This document shows positions 1 through 9,648 of a stretch of 64,000 bases of DNA, piece by piece. Made by a program: the position numbers and the translations under genes. The stretch lies in NCBI GenBank assembly GCA_946965045.2, contig OX337229.1, forward strand, positions 3,410,001-3,474,000. Reading direction: 5' to 3'. This stretch comes from Epithemia pelagica. Its lineage: Eukaryota > Protista > Bacillariophyta. Positions within the stretch are counted from its first letter, which is position 1; the number at the start of each line of letters is the position of its first letter. Under the pieces are notes generated by a model. It was given only the letters and a program-made list of their open reading frames with translations. It made no database searches and had not been told where the DNA came from.

Positions 1-2166
1 GACGATGATGACTTGTTCGCAAGTCTCGGAGGTTCTCTGATGAAGAACCTCCTTGCAGATTTGAATGACGAATCGGGAACGGGAGGGCTGCTGTCGCTTG
101 AAGAACTTGAACAGGAGTTGGCTCATTTTGAAGATCGGGCTGCTCCAGTCAGCGTGGCAGCATCTCCCGCTATGAATACAACCACTGCCAACACGGCAGC
201 CTCCATGGTTGTTCGTGCACAAGAGCAGATCCAAAACGCGAGCGCTAATCAGAATGATAGCTTTCCAAATACCATGGGAACTCCGCCTCTGGATGCTTGG
301 AGCCTTTCGCTGGAGAAGTTCACAGCGGCTTCGCTACAAGAAGATTTTTTGCTGGCTGATTCAGAGAGAAAGGCAAAAAGTTCAGGAAAACCCGCGGCAA
401 AAATGGAGGATAATTCTGCACTCTTTAGTACTGCAGAGGAGTACGATGTATCCGAGCCGATGCTTGTTTCTCCTCCGCCCGGTCTTGCAGCGCGGAGCAG
501 TGATAGTGCCGCCGAAAGTCTTGTTCAGCAGTTAACAACAAAGCTGGAAACAGTAGCAGTTGTGGATAGTTCTTCCAAACCTTCTTCGGAGGAGATTGCC
601 TCTCGACCACCGGTGCCTCATCGCCATAACTTGCCTCGAACACCACAGAATTCACTGAATCTCAATCTCCCCAAACCACCGCCGCCGACGCCACAAAATT
701 CGGTTAGCGTGAACTTGGGAGTTTCGCCAACAAATAGCTCTTCGGAAGCTCTTGAAAACATTCCCATTGTCCGTGAGGAGGCCTTGCAGAATAGACACGT
801 TTTGGGAGAACCGCCAAGTTCCATCCCTCCGCTTTCCCATGTAACTGGTTCGCCAGAGCCCAAGGTTGCAAATCTTGTCAAACCGATTGTTCCACAGGTT
901 TCTTCCCCACCTCCAGCTGCACCTAATGCATGGAACAGACCTCCAGCTCACCCCATGAGCTCTCCTATGGCGTCACCACCACCACCACCGCAGCCTGTCA
1001 GTGCCCCACAACCACGAACGATTCTCTATTGCAACCCTCGTCCGGATGCGAAGACTATACCAGCCACTGCCATTGCGGCAAATTTTATGTCGGCTCGCGA
1101 TATTTCCTACGTCGTTCATTCGATCTTGAAGCCTATTCTTAACCATCAGCTGCAAAATCCAGTTTCTCCGTTTGACTACGATCGAGCATTTTTGCAGAAA
1201 ACCATGGGAGTTCAGCCATTGGCGCCCACTGTGGCTGGTAGAAATCAGTCGAAAGCCTCTCCGGGCGGACAACAAGGAAAGTCGTTGCAGGAAGAAATGG
1301 AGAGTCGTGCGGCCAAGGCAAAAAACTGGTCCGTCGAGAACTCCGTGTTAGGCCGAACCACGAAATCTCAGGTTACGCGCCCTCGGGCCCTGATTGCACA
1401 ACCGACCAAGGAGGAACTTGAAGAGGCCAACAATAATTCTGAGCAACGTCAAAGACAGGCGCTGTGGAAGGCTCGAATCTATTGCGACCAAGCATATCAG
1501 GCGTACATGAATGTGGTACAAACCTGGCACGAAGTTGCGGCTTCACCCAACAGTGCCATGACACCTTCGGCTGCCGCAACTCTTCAACCACATTTGTTCA
1601 AGTTACTGCGATGCCTGGGATTGTCCCGAAGTGACAATAGTCAAGATGTGGAATTGACAAAAGAATCTCAGCAGCAGCTATCGTATGTCGTGGCGAACGA
1701 ATCGGCCTTGCCTCTTTTGACCAAGTTGCCAAAGGGACGCATTCTTTTGGCCCGTGTGTTGGATCAAGCCTTGCTCCCACCCGCTGCTGTCGCGGTATTG
1801 TTGCCCTCTTTATTCAAGACCATGTACTTATTACCCATGCCCAATATTCCAGCGTCGACAACTCCGACAGACCAAAACATGGCCGATATCTACAGCGCGG
1901 CGGCCGCTCAAGAACAGGCGAATGATCGCGTGTTCGCCGCAGCCACCCGTGTCCTTCAAACCTTGCCGGAGATTCCCCAAACCGAAATCCTCAAGGCTTT
2001 GGATATTGTGCAAGAGCATTCCATCGTGGCTTTGCAGTCGCCAGTACGTATGCAAGCTGTCCATGCGCTGTTGCAGCGAGGAACCCAGCTCGCGGCGTCG
2101 GACGCAGAATTTGCGCAGACGTGGAAGGGTCGCGAAGAAGCCTTCCTACAAGTTCTTTCCGGCTAA
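1..2166 (+). CDS. PAT1: PAT1-like mRNA decapping/P-body factor; 5' end runs off the window
   Basis: Frame is open from base 1 (DDDDLFASL...). An acidic N-terminus and Pro-rich middle precede FMSARDISYVVHSIL and LGRTTKSQVTRPRALI, which resemble Pat1 mid-domain motifs, then a helical C-terminus. Confidence 0.7.
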   Translation, partial: DDDDLFASLGGSLMKNLLADLNDESGTGGLLSLEELEQELAHFEDRAAPVSVAASPAMNTTTANTAASMVVRAQEQIQNASANQNDSFPNTMGTPPLDAWSLSLEKFTAASLQEDFLLADSERKAKSSGKPAAKMEDNSALFSTAEEYDVSEPMLVSPPPGLAARSSDSAAESLVQQLTTKLETVAVVDSSSKPSSEEIASRPPVPHRHNLPRTPQNSLNLNLPKPPPPTPQNSVSVNLGVSPTNSSSEALENIPIVREEALQNRHVLGEPPSSIPPLSHVTGSPEPKVANLVKPIVPQVSSPPPAAPNAWNRPPAHPMSSPMASPPPPPQPVSAPQPRTILYCNPRPDAKTIPATAIAANFMSARDISYVVHSILKPILNHQLQNPVSPFDYDRAFLQKTMGVQPLAPTVAGRNQSKASPGGQQGKSLQEEMESRAAKAKNWSVENSVLGRTTKSQVTRPRALIAQPTKEELEEANNNSEQRQRQALWKARIYCDQAYQAYMNVVQTWHEVAASPNSAMTPSAAATLQPHLFKLLRCLGLSRSDNSQDVELTKESQQQLSYVVANESALPLLTKLPKGRILLARVLDQALLPPAAVAVLLPSLFKTMYLLPMPNIPASTTPTDQNMADIYSAAAAQEQANDRVFAAATRVLQTLPEIPQTEILKALDIVQEHSIVALQSPVRMQAVHALLQRGTQLAASDAEFAQTWKGREEAFLQVLSG

Positions 2167-2316
2167 GATGCATTATTGGTACAATGTACACGAGTAAAAA
2201 TCAGTTCTGCTAATAATGAGAATTCTCTGTTGGGTTCAAGATGCCATTTGGTTGGTGAGAACACATAGGAAAGGTCTGATTCGTACTCTTGTTGTTTCAA
2301 TGTGACTGTCTTGTGA

Positions 2317-3861
2317 TTACAAAAAGGCATCGCTCTTGATTTTTTGCCATTCATGCATCAAGAATCCCAAGGCCGCAATGGGCTGGGTGGTCTTGTTATT
2401 GTCGTTGTTGTTGTCTTTATGGAGCTTACAGACACTGGAGCGAGGAATAGGGTGAGCAGACGAGGGTACCGGAAGAATGTGATTGCACAAGGGGCAAAGA
2501 ATATGGGTCGCCGTTGGCATGGCATGAATCGCATGGCCGCACGTTAAACATTGAATCATGAGTTCATTTGGGTCGTAACAATGATTCTCGGGACTGGTTC
2601 CGTCGACGGAATTGCGTGCACGTTGATAAAAGGCCAACGTCTCCTTCCTGCCCATTAGACACACCGAGGTCCCTGAGTCCACTTCCACGGTTTGACCATT
2701 GAAAAAAGACTTTGTGTCATGAGGTACTACTGTTGCTCCCTTGTTCTCCTCTCCGTTACTTCTTTGAGACTGCGAAGGGATACTTGTTTCGGAAAGGCTC
2801 CTGCTGCTGTGGTTCAGAGACATTGAAACGGACCTGGTGTATTTACCTGGTGCCTCTGTAGCATTAACCTTGTCGAATTCGCCTCTGACATTTGTATGAG
2901 CTGGGTTGTTACAGGAGGTACCATTGGGTTCGTTCAAGCATCCTTCCCCTCCTTCGTCACCGACTTCTGAAGGACTTTTGGACGGTGTCAATAGCCACGA
3001 GGGATACCGTCCAGTCAAGAGCGATTTGGAGGTTGCCGAAACCTTGGTGGTGGGTGAAGCAGACGTTGCCATGAATGGAATTTTGAGGATGGAACCGACC
3101 AAACCATCCTCCTTCTGGGTGACACCGTCAACGATGGAAATGAAGGATTTTGAAACGTTCCGAGTGGGAGTCCCCTTTTCGGCCATGTTCCGGTCCACAC
3201 CTCCCCTTTGATCTGATGCTCCTTTTGTCACTGCAATAACGTTTGTTTTTTGGCGAGTTTGTGAACTTTGCAGAGGCAATGCTCCGTTCTGGGTTGTTGT
3301 CGTCGTCTTCTTTCTTATACCGTGCAGAACTTGAGACACGTCTTGCGAGAGGGACTCGACTGCCATGGCACCTTGTGTTCGATTGGTGATTGGAGAACGA
3401 GGGCGTTCCCTGTTCTTGGCGTGTGGAGGAGAAGTATTCTTGGAGGAGGAGGCGGATCCGTCCTTCCAACACTTGCCGCCGCTACTGCTCGGAATGGAAC
3501 GTTGTCGGTGAGGGGATCTTGCCCGAAGAGGCGATCGGATTCGTCGGCCACCACTTTTATTCCTGGATGACGACTGGTGGCTGTCGCTAGTATGGTCCTT
3601 GCTGTTCTTCTTTGTTTCCTTGGCCGAGCCATCTGTCTCCACTTGGGCAGACGTCGAAGACGATGCAAACATGCGAAAGAGACCGGGACGTCGCTCTTTG
3701 GGAGGAGAGGGTGGACGACGATATCTGGCACGACCACTCTTAAGTTCCCGACTCTTTGTCGTTGTCTCGTGAGGAGGAGGCACCCAAAAGGCTTGTTGAA
3801 AGCTTTCGTCGTCGTCGTCTTGCGTCACTACCATCGGACAACGTCGTCTGGATACCTTCAT
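2317..3861 (-). CDS. Low-complexity Ser/Arg/Lys-rich protein with a C-terminal LSD1-type zinc ribbon
   Basis: Long ORF with likely ATG at 3861 (MKVSRRR). C-terminal CLTC-x14-CPLC matches zf-LSD1 spacing. Confidence 0.55.
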   Translation of the reverse strand: MKVSRRRCPMVVTQDDDDESFQQAFWVPPPHETTTKSRELKSGRARYRRPPSPPKERRPGLFRMFASSSTSAQVETDGSAKETKKNSKDHTSDSHQSSSRNKSGGRRIRSPLRARSPHRQRSIPSSSGGKCWKDGSASSSKNTSPPHAKNRERPRSPITNRTQGAMAVESLSQDVSQVLHGIRKKTTTTTQNGALPLQSSQTRQKTNVIAVTKGASDQRGGVDRNMAEKGTPTRNVSKSFISIVDGVTQKEDGLVGSILKIPFMATSASPTTKVSATSKSLLTGRYPSWLLTPSKSPSEVGDEGGEGCLNEPNGTSCNNPAHTNVRGEFDKVNATEAPGKYTRSVSMSLNHSSRSLSETSIPSQSQRSNGEENKGATVVPHDTKSFFNGQTVEVDSGTSVCLMGRKETLAFYQRARNSVDGTSPENHCYDPNELMIQCLTCGHAIHAMPTATHILCPLCNHILPVPSSAHPIPRSSVCKLHKDNNNDNNKTTQPIAALGFLMHEWQKIKSDAFL

Positions 3862-4421
3862 GCTCGTTCTCTCTCCTATTTGCAATTCAATAGCTTGTTG
3901 TTGTAGAAGTTTTGTGAATCTGGATAGAAGGCAGCCTAGTTTGACAACTGCAAAGAAAATGAACCGCACCTTGCGCCTTCTGTGTTGTGCGATGCCACTA
4001 AAAAATATGAGAGATCCTGTATCTGTTCCCGCAGAAAACAAAAGGAGGAGGCGCATCTGTGACTGAGAGGGACCCGGATAGAGGAAGCGCTTCCCACCAG
4101 TCGCATTTCGCATGTCGTTCCCTCAAACCAGTCTGCTCCTCTGTCCGTTGTGGAAAAAAGATGCTGGTTGGGGGTTGGGGCGTGTTCTTTGGCACGAGTT
4201 GAATCCACCAACCATTGAGATTTTGACAAAGACCCTATGATTCGGATCGATGGCTAATCGTAGTAACACTGGGAAAACCGTAAGGCTTTAACTGTATAAG
4301 AATGCAATGCTAATCACATATGGATAGTAATGGAACCCATGACGAAAAAGAGAGTGGGAGGAGAGAGTCTGCCAAACTGCGCTGGAGGTGTGTATGGTAG
4401 AAGGTCGAAAGCGCGATCTTT

Positions 4422-5012
4422 TTACTTTTGCGCTTTAATCATATCGTTCGAAAGTGAATCGTACGTTTCCACCCATGCCGCCTTGACTTGGCTTGAGAAT
4501 TTTTGTGGCCCCAATACTTTCTCCAGTGTCGTGAGGAGCGCCCTTCCCATGTGAGGGAACATGTCTGCCTTGACACCATATCGGACGTGCTTCGATCCCA
4601 ATTCCACCATAATTTCCGTGAGCAGTTCAATGTCTGGTCCCAACATATTAAGGGCTGTATCAAGCATTTGGATCATGTAACTGGCGTGCATAAGGAAACG
4701 CTTGGACTGCAAAAGCTCCGGAGAATTTGTGTCAATCCCAATCGGGAAGCCAAACAAAACCTTGGCTTTTGGGCAATCTTCAAACAGCCTGTTCAAAACA
4801 ATCAAGCCATGGAAACAATGTGAGACAAATGGTCTAATGCCAATGAAACAAGCTCATGACAGAGCGAATAAAGACACAGAGCGACAATCCAACAGCACTT
4901 ACTTTTGGAACAGAACCTTTCCAGCGACATTCTCGTAATCAGGAACGCGTCGGAGCTCCTCCCAGCTTTCCATGACATGAGAGATGGTTGTGTAGTTCAA
5001 TTCTTTCACCAT
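4422..5012 (-). CDS. Single-domain neuroglobin-like globin, 2 exons (4903-5012, 4422-4788)
   Basis: GT-AG intron 4789-4902 joins MVKELNYTT...VLFQK to LFEDCPKAKVLFGF. Distal His in KRFLMHASYMIQMLD, proximal His in LGSKHVRYGV, and H-helix AAWVETY. Confidence 0.92.
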
Positions 5013-5421
5013 GTTGATATGAGTGTTTCGATAGATTGAAAGATGAATGAAGAAGCTTCGTTCGAAGTCTGGTCGACGAGAATCAAGATATTTTACGATT
5101 GACAAGAAGACTGTCCACTTTGCCGTGTTATGAAATGCGTGGATACTGCTCTCAAAGATTGGGGACGATCATCGAGACAAATAATAATGACCCTGTGCAA
5201 TTCCTTAAAACTCTCCCTTCGAGCAACAGCATATCATGTCTGATGATACTTTCTGTCGAAGCTTGTGTTCCTCAAGTGACTCCTGCCCCCAAGACCCAAG
5301 ACCCAAGACACTTACTTTTTTGAGTTGTGCCTCAAGACTTCTGTACTGTTTAGCCTATACTCTTACAGTTTATAGATATAATCGAGATCAAGCTGTCACT
5401 CTTTTCTCCGTTCTTGGCTAG

Positions 5422-6269
5422 TGTCTATTCTACCCCTGTACTCATTACTCATACGAGGACAAATCCTCATATGAGTACACTTTCAAAAGAAGAATATCAA
5501 ATCAATCATGTACTCCTAAGTGGTTTTTAAGTTCAGATTCGTAATCTCCATACTTGAAAACGTACCCCGTGGTATTCTCATGGTTTAATTGTGATGAGTA
5601 GTGACGATACAGTATCAAAAACAGAATTCATCCATGTTGGAGCGATGGTGATTTTCTAAACTGAGTGTTTGGAGGGGATAAAACAGAAGACAATCAACCT
5701 GATGAGTGTTATTATCCCTAGTGATGATGACCAGTTGTCCTTTGCCTGATTGAGGCATCAGATTGAGAGAATTCAGCCAAAACAAGCCTCCATCACCACA
5801 GAGGAAAATTCTGAGACCGTAACAGCATTCGACACCAATACAGGGTCAAATGCGGCGTCTGAGCCTCCTGCACCCCAACAGTTCATGTACAGAAAGCACA
5901 GACACCTTCAGGGAACCAGGAAAGTGCAGTGGGAGACTCAAATCCGCCAATGTATGTGAAGACAGTTGATTTCCCTCGACAAAATGGTTGGATTTGCCCT
6001 ACATAAACTGGATGGATGCATTTTCCAACACACGTAGTGTCTTGCCACATAAACATAGAACATAATGGTTGATTGTGGTCTATTACTTTTCTATTTTAGT
6101 TGTTCATTTTTTTGGTAGAACGGCAGATTCCCATGGTTGGGTTACATTTTTTGTCGATAGCTTCGTACAAAAGCTACTATGGTCTACGTAGATATGATTT
6201 TAGTAGGATTGTCCTCATATGAGGACAAGCGCTGTCCTCATATGAGGACAAACCGGGGTAGAATAGACA
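5422..6269. mobile_element. Non-autonomous DNA transposon, 848 bp, CTAG-flanked
   Basis: Perfect 15-bp TIR TGTCTATTCTACCCC at 5422-5436 and 6255-6269. CTAG on both sides (5418-5421, 6270-6273). Subterminal CCTCATATGAG(G) motifs at both ends. Confidence 0.85.
6209..6251. repeat. Tandem palindromes TGTCCTCATATGAGGACA x2 (subterminal transposon motifs)
   Basis: 20-bp perfect palindrome at 6209-6228, second copy at 6233-6250, and related copies at 5437-5479. Confidence 0.9.
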
Positions 6270-6711
6270 CTAGTGTCGGTGAGCGTTTTGTTGTTCCATG
6301 CCTTATGCGTTCTACACCCATACATACGCTCTATTGCCCCAATGCCCATTCTCTCAACCCCTTACCAGTTTACCTTACCAAGGTTACTAAGGCTACAGTC
6401 GTACTCCTCTACTATCCTCTAGTGCCTCCTCTCCGGGTGTGCCCATGACGGGCGAAAACGTACCGTTGGGCACATGTTTTCAACTAGGAATAACTCGATC
6501 AATATTGGCCCTACGACAGTGATCTGATGCATCTTACCAATCTTCAATGCATCCTCTGTCACCATTTGATGCTCCATTTGGCCTACATAGGACATATGGG
6601 GGTCATAGGAGCGCCTCTATTAGAAGCTTGTGGTGTGTGCAACGTGTGTGGGCACATTATGGGCACATTATAGAAACTCATGTAAAGCTCGGCTTTTAGA
6701 CTTACTACGTC

Positions 6712-7329
6712 CTAGTATTCGAACTTGTAGGCAACACTTGGCTCCTGAGTCTCAGAGAACTCAAAGGACAGGTTGCTATCGACACCAATTGACGAATTGC
6801 GCTTTCCAAATTTGCTGGACAAGTTGTCCTTGGCTGAATCATTTTCATTATTGTCGTCATCAAAGTTGCTTTGCATTTCCACGGACTTCTTTACAGTATC
6901 TGAACATTGCTGATTGTTGCATGATGTCTCAATGTTCTTGAAGTGCATCGTCATCATCAAGTCAAAGCAAGGGGGGGACGGAGATGAGGACAACTTCTTC
7001 TCGGGTGCTGGATACAAAACAGCAACATGATTCTTCTTGTGGACAATCTTGGCATGCAACGTCTTGGCTTCCATATCCTTGAGATCTGAAACGTCCATCG
7101 CCACCTTTTCCTTTGCCTTCATGTTCTTTTTCTTGGTTGCCACTGCCTTCTTAGTTTTCGTCGTCGTCTTTTTGCGATGCGACAACCGGGACGCGGGTTG
7201 GTTGGAAACGGAAACAGAAGGAGCAAGAATGGAGCTTGTGGACAGCGAAGCTGCATCAGCTCCTGAGGCCGCTTTGATGCGCGCTTGATAGCGCAAACTT
7301 GTACGACGGCCGTTGATAGTTGTCGACAT
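6712..7329 (-). CDS. Transposon cargo ORF-A, 205 aa, Lys-rich, unknown function
   Basis: ATG at 7329 lies directly behind the duplicated upstream cassette. It has the same ATGTCGACA start context as the CRD-only gene. Confidence 0.5.
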   Translation of the reverse strand: MSTTINGRRTSLRYQARIKAASGADAASLSTSSILAPSVSVSNQPASRLSHRKKTTTKTKKAVATKKKNMKAKEKVAMDVSDLKDMEAKTLHAKIVHKKNHVAVLYPAPEKKLSSSPSPPCFDLMMTMHFKNIETSCNNQQCSDTVKKSVEMQSNFDDDNNENDSAKDNLSSKFGKRNSSIGVDSNLSFEFSETQEPSVAYKFEY

Positions 7330-7576
7330 GGTGGCTCTTTGTGGTGGTGTAACAGGAGATCCACGGAAAATATGAGGCAGATGTGGGTCGTGTCGGTTGG
7401 AATAGGTTCCGAACGGACCAAAAGTCACGCCAGCCAACAAAAATTTTCCTTAATTAAGAAGTGCGCCATGAGGCGCGAAAAACTCGTCCATGCCCGCCCT
7501 CACATATCTCAAAACGAACACATAGAACTAAAGCAAACAAGAACAACAAGTTCTGTGGAGTAGTGTAGTGCAGCAC
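7320..7576. promoter_or_regulatory. Duplicated upstream cassette, copy 1 (putative promoter/5'UTR)
   Basis: Near-identical to 9261-9529 with only small indels. Contains TTTCGCGCC (E2F consensus) at 7472-7480 on the minus strand. Confidence 0.6.
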
Positions 7577-7584
7577 ACATCGGG

Positions 7585-8502
7585 GTGCCGTACGGGCCAA
7601 GAGGACTTTGGCCATCCTGGCCACGAACCTTTGGGTGTGGCCGCGGACGAATAGTAACTGGTTCCCACCAAGGTGGATTCTTCTTCTTCGCCTTCATTGC
7701 GAATGATGGCGGTGGTGCGGCCAACAATCTCGTCATGCTCAATGTTCCCGTGGTCAAACCCAAAATCAAGGAAATCACGTCGCTTGGTGTCGCCTTTTGT
7801 GCCGGATTGGCCACGCGAGTTTGGGACAGTGTCGATGAAATCAAAACCTTGTGGGCCGTGTCCCAAACCTACCTGCCCCGCATGACGGAAAAGGAACGAC
7901 ACCGCAATTGGAGTGGATGGAACAAAGCGGTTTTGAAAAGTCTGGGGTGGATCGATCCCGAAGACGAGGAGGAACAAGACCGACAAGAGACTAATACGAG
8001 TACCGCCCGAGTGGAGCAATTCACCCGTGACAATCGGAACCGGTTCCTCCAGAACTGGTTTGGTGCTGGCTGGCTTTTTGGAGGCGTCGATGTGGTTGCT
8101 GCTCATGACCGAATGACTCTTGTCATTCTTGGTTGCCGGAATCGCCTTGTTCTTGATGGGTTTCTGTGGCACTTCTTGCCGCAGACAAGACGGCTGTGGT
8201 GTCATCAAACGACTCTTGTCGTTGATGTTGTCGTGGTCGTTGTTGCGGCTGTGGTGCTTCTTGGTGACTTGGACGTCGTTGTGTCGGTTGTGGTGCTTGT
8301 TGTTGTGGTTGGCGTGCCTTGTTGGAGGAGGAGACATGCGCCAATTCGGCAGCCAATATCATTTGCTTGGTATCCTGATTTTCTTGAAAAAAATTTTGCG
8401 CCAACACATCGAGAGTTTTTCAAAGAGTATCTTGCGTTCGTCTTCATTCATGCCCGTGGTGGAATAGGACGGAACTTGCTGGACGACCCCTTGATCGTTT
8501 GA
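7585..8502 (+). CDS. Possible transposon cargo ORF-B; strand uncertain
   Basis: 305-aa plus-strand ORF overlaps a 269-aa minus-strand ORF (7528-8337). The poly-Val stretch looks like the antisense of CAA repeats, so the real coding strand is unresolved. Confidence 0.25.
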   Translation: MPYGPRGLWPSWPRTFGCGRGRIVTGSHQGGFFFFAFIANDGGGAANNLVMLNVPVVKPKIKEITSLGVAFCAGLATRVWDSVDEIKTLWAVSQTYLPRMTEKERHRNWSGWNKAVLKSLGWIDPEDEEEQDRQETNTSTARVEQFTRDNRNRFLQNWFGAGWLFGGVDVVAAHDRMTLVILGCRNRLVLDGFLWHFLPQTRRLWCHQTTLVVDVVVVVVAAVVLLGDLDVVVSVVVLVVVVGVPCWRRRHAPIRQPISFAWYPDFLEKNFAPTHREFFKEYLAFVFIHARGGIGRNLLDDPLIV

Positions 8503-8712
8503 CTTGGCGACACTCTTGGTATTACTTTGGTGGGCCACCTTTTTGCCTATGTCAATTTCAATTTGGCAATCAAGAAATTGACTATGTAGATATCCTTAAA
8601 GTTCGAACTGTATGGATGTAACTTCAAATAGAACTATGTATTGGTCTTACCTAATCATGTATCGTGTATTTTCATTTTCATAGTACTAAATCATAGAGCA
8701 ATCGTCGTGAAA

Positions 8713-9270
8713 TCAAGCTGTGTTCTGTTGTTGCATTCGGAATCTGTGCTCCTCAACACAGGTGCGGTTCATCCCAGGACGAATCCTGTTACCGTTGCAT
8801 AGTCCAATACCTTTGGTGGTCTTGGTCTCGTCCGTTCCCGGTACCTTGCGGGTCTTCGTTTTAGCAAGACAAACAGGATGTGCGCAAATTGCTCTCGTCT
8901 TCATCAAACAGATGACGCATCGACGTGTGCGTGGTCGTTCGTTGCCATCCGCATCCTGGACTTGTTCGGGATTTGGCATGGGCCTGTGAGACAAGTGAGA
9001 CAAGAATCCAGCTGGCGGATCTCCAGAGTGGCAAAGAAGACACGACACAGTACCATCATCCTGAACTGTCAATGACTCTGCTGGGGAAACACTGGGGAGC
9101 GAATCAACAACTGAAATCGGAGGGCATCTGCTCAAGCCAGCACCAGCAGTTGAGGCCCCGAACTGAGCCATAACAGCCTCCTCCGGCATCTTCTTCGCGT
9201 ATCGCATGGCCTGTTCTGTAGGCGACTCAGCGTCGACGACATTGGAAGCAATATTGGGGCTTGTCGACAT
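8713..9270 (-). CDS. Stand-alone paralog of the transposase C-terminal Cys-rich domain (CRD), 185 aa
   Basis: Aligns with the last ~200 aa of the transposase (CVIC/CAIC, CAHPVC/CGHPAC, LCNGNRIR/ICNGNRIR, CVEEH). Has its own ATG and a duplicated 3' flank (8585-8712 vs 10222-10350). Confidence 0.85.
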   Translation of the reverse strand: MSTSPNIASNVVDAESPTEQAMRYAKKMPEEAVMAQFGASTAGAGLSRCPPISVVDSLPSVSPAESLTVQDDGTVSCLLCHSGDPPAGFLSHLSHRPMPNPEQVQDADGNERPRTRRCVICLMKTRAICAHPVCLAKTKTRKVPGTDETKTTKGIGLCNGNRIRPGMNRTCVEEHRFRMQQQNTA

Positions 9271-9529
9271 GGTGGTCTTCTTCTCTTTTGTGGCGTTGTT
9301 GTTCCTGTAACAGGAGATCCACGGAAAATATGAGGCAGATGTGGGTCGTGTCGGTTGGAATAGGTTCCGAATGGACCAAAAGTCACGCCAGCCAACAAAT
9401 TTTCCTTAATTTATTTAGAAGTGCGCCATGAGGCGCGAAAAACTCGTCCATGCCCGCACTCACAAATCTCAAAACGAACACATAAAAAAAGCAAACAAGA
9501 ACAACAAGTTCTGTGGAGTAGTGCAGCAC
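9261..9529. promoter_or_regulatory. Duplicated upstream cassette, copy 2 (putative promoter/5'UTR)
   Basis: Near-identical to 7320-7576. E2F consensus at 9432-9440. Lies between the divergent CRD-only ORF and ORF-C. Confidence 0.6.
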
Positions 9530-9648
9530 CCATCGACAGACATAGTAGTTCTTTGGTAGAAGCACGACACGACGGCAAGTAAGTAAACAATGCTGTTAAA
9601 ACCGTCTCTCCAACAAGCACTCACACTTTGCATCAATTGTCCGGCAAG

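Noticed and set aside
5590-5755. TGATGA...CTGA pairs resembling C/D-box snoRNAs
   Set aside because: Inside a transposon, no terminal stem or recognisable rRNA guide; GATGAT runs are common here.
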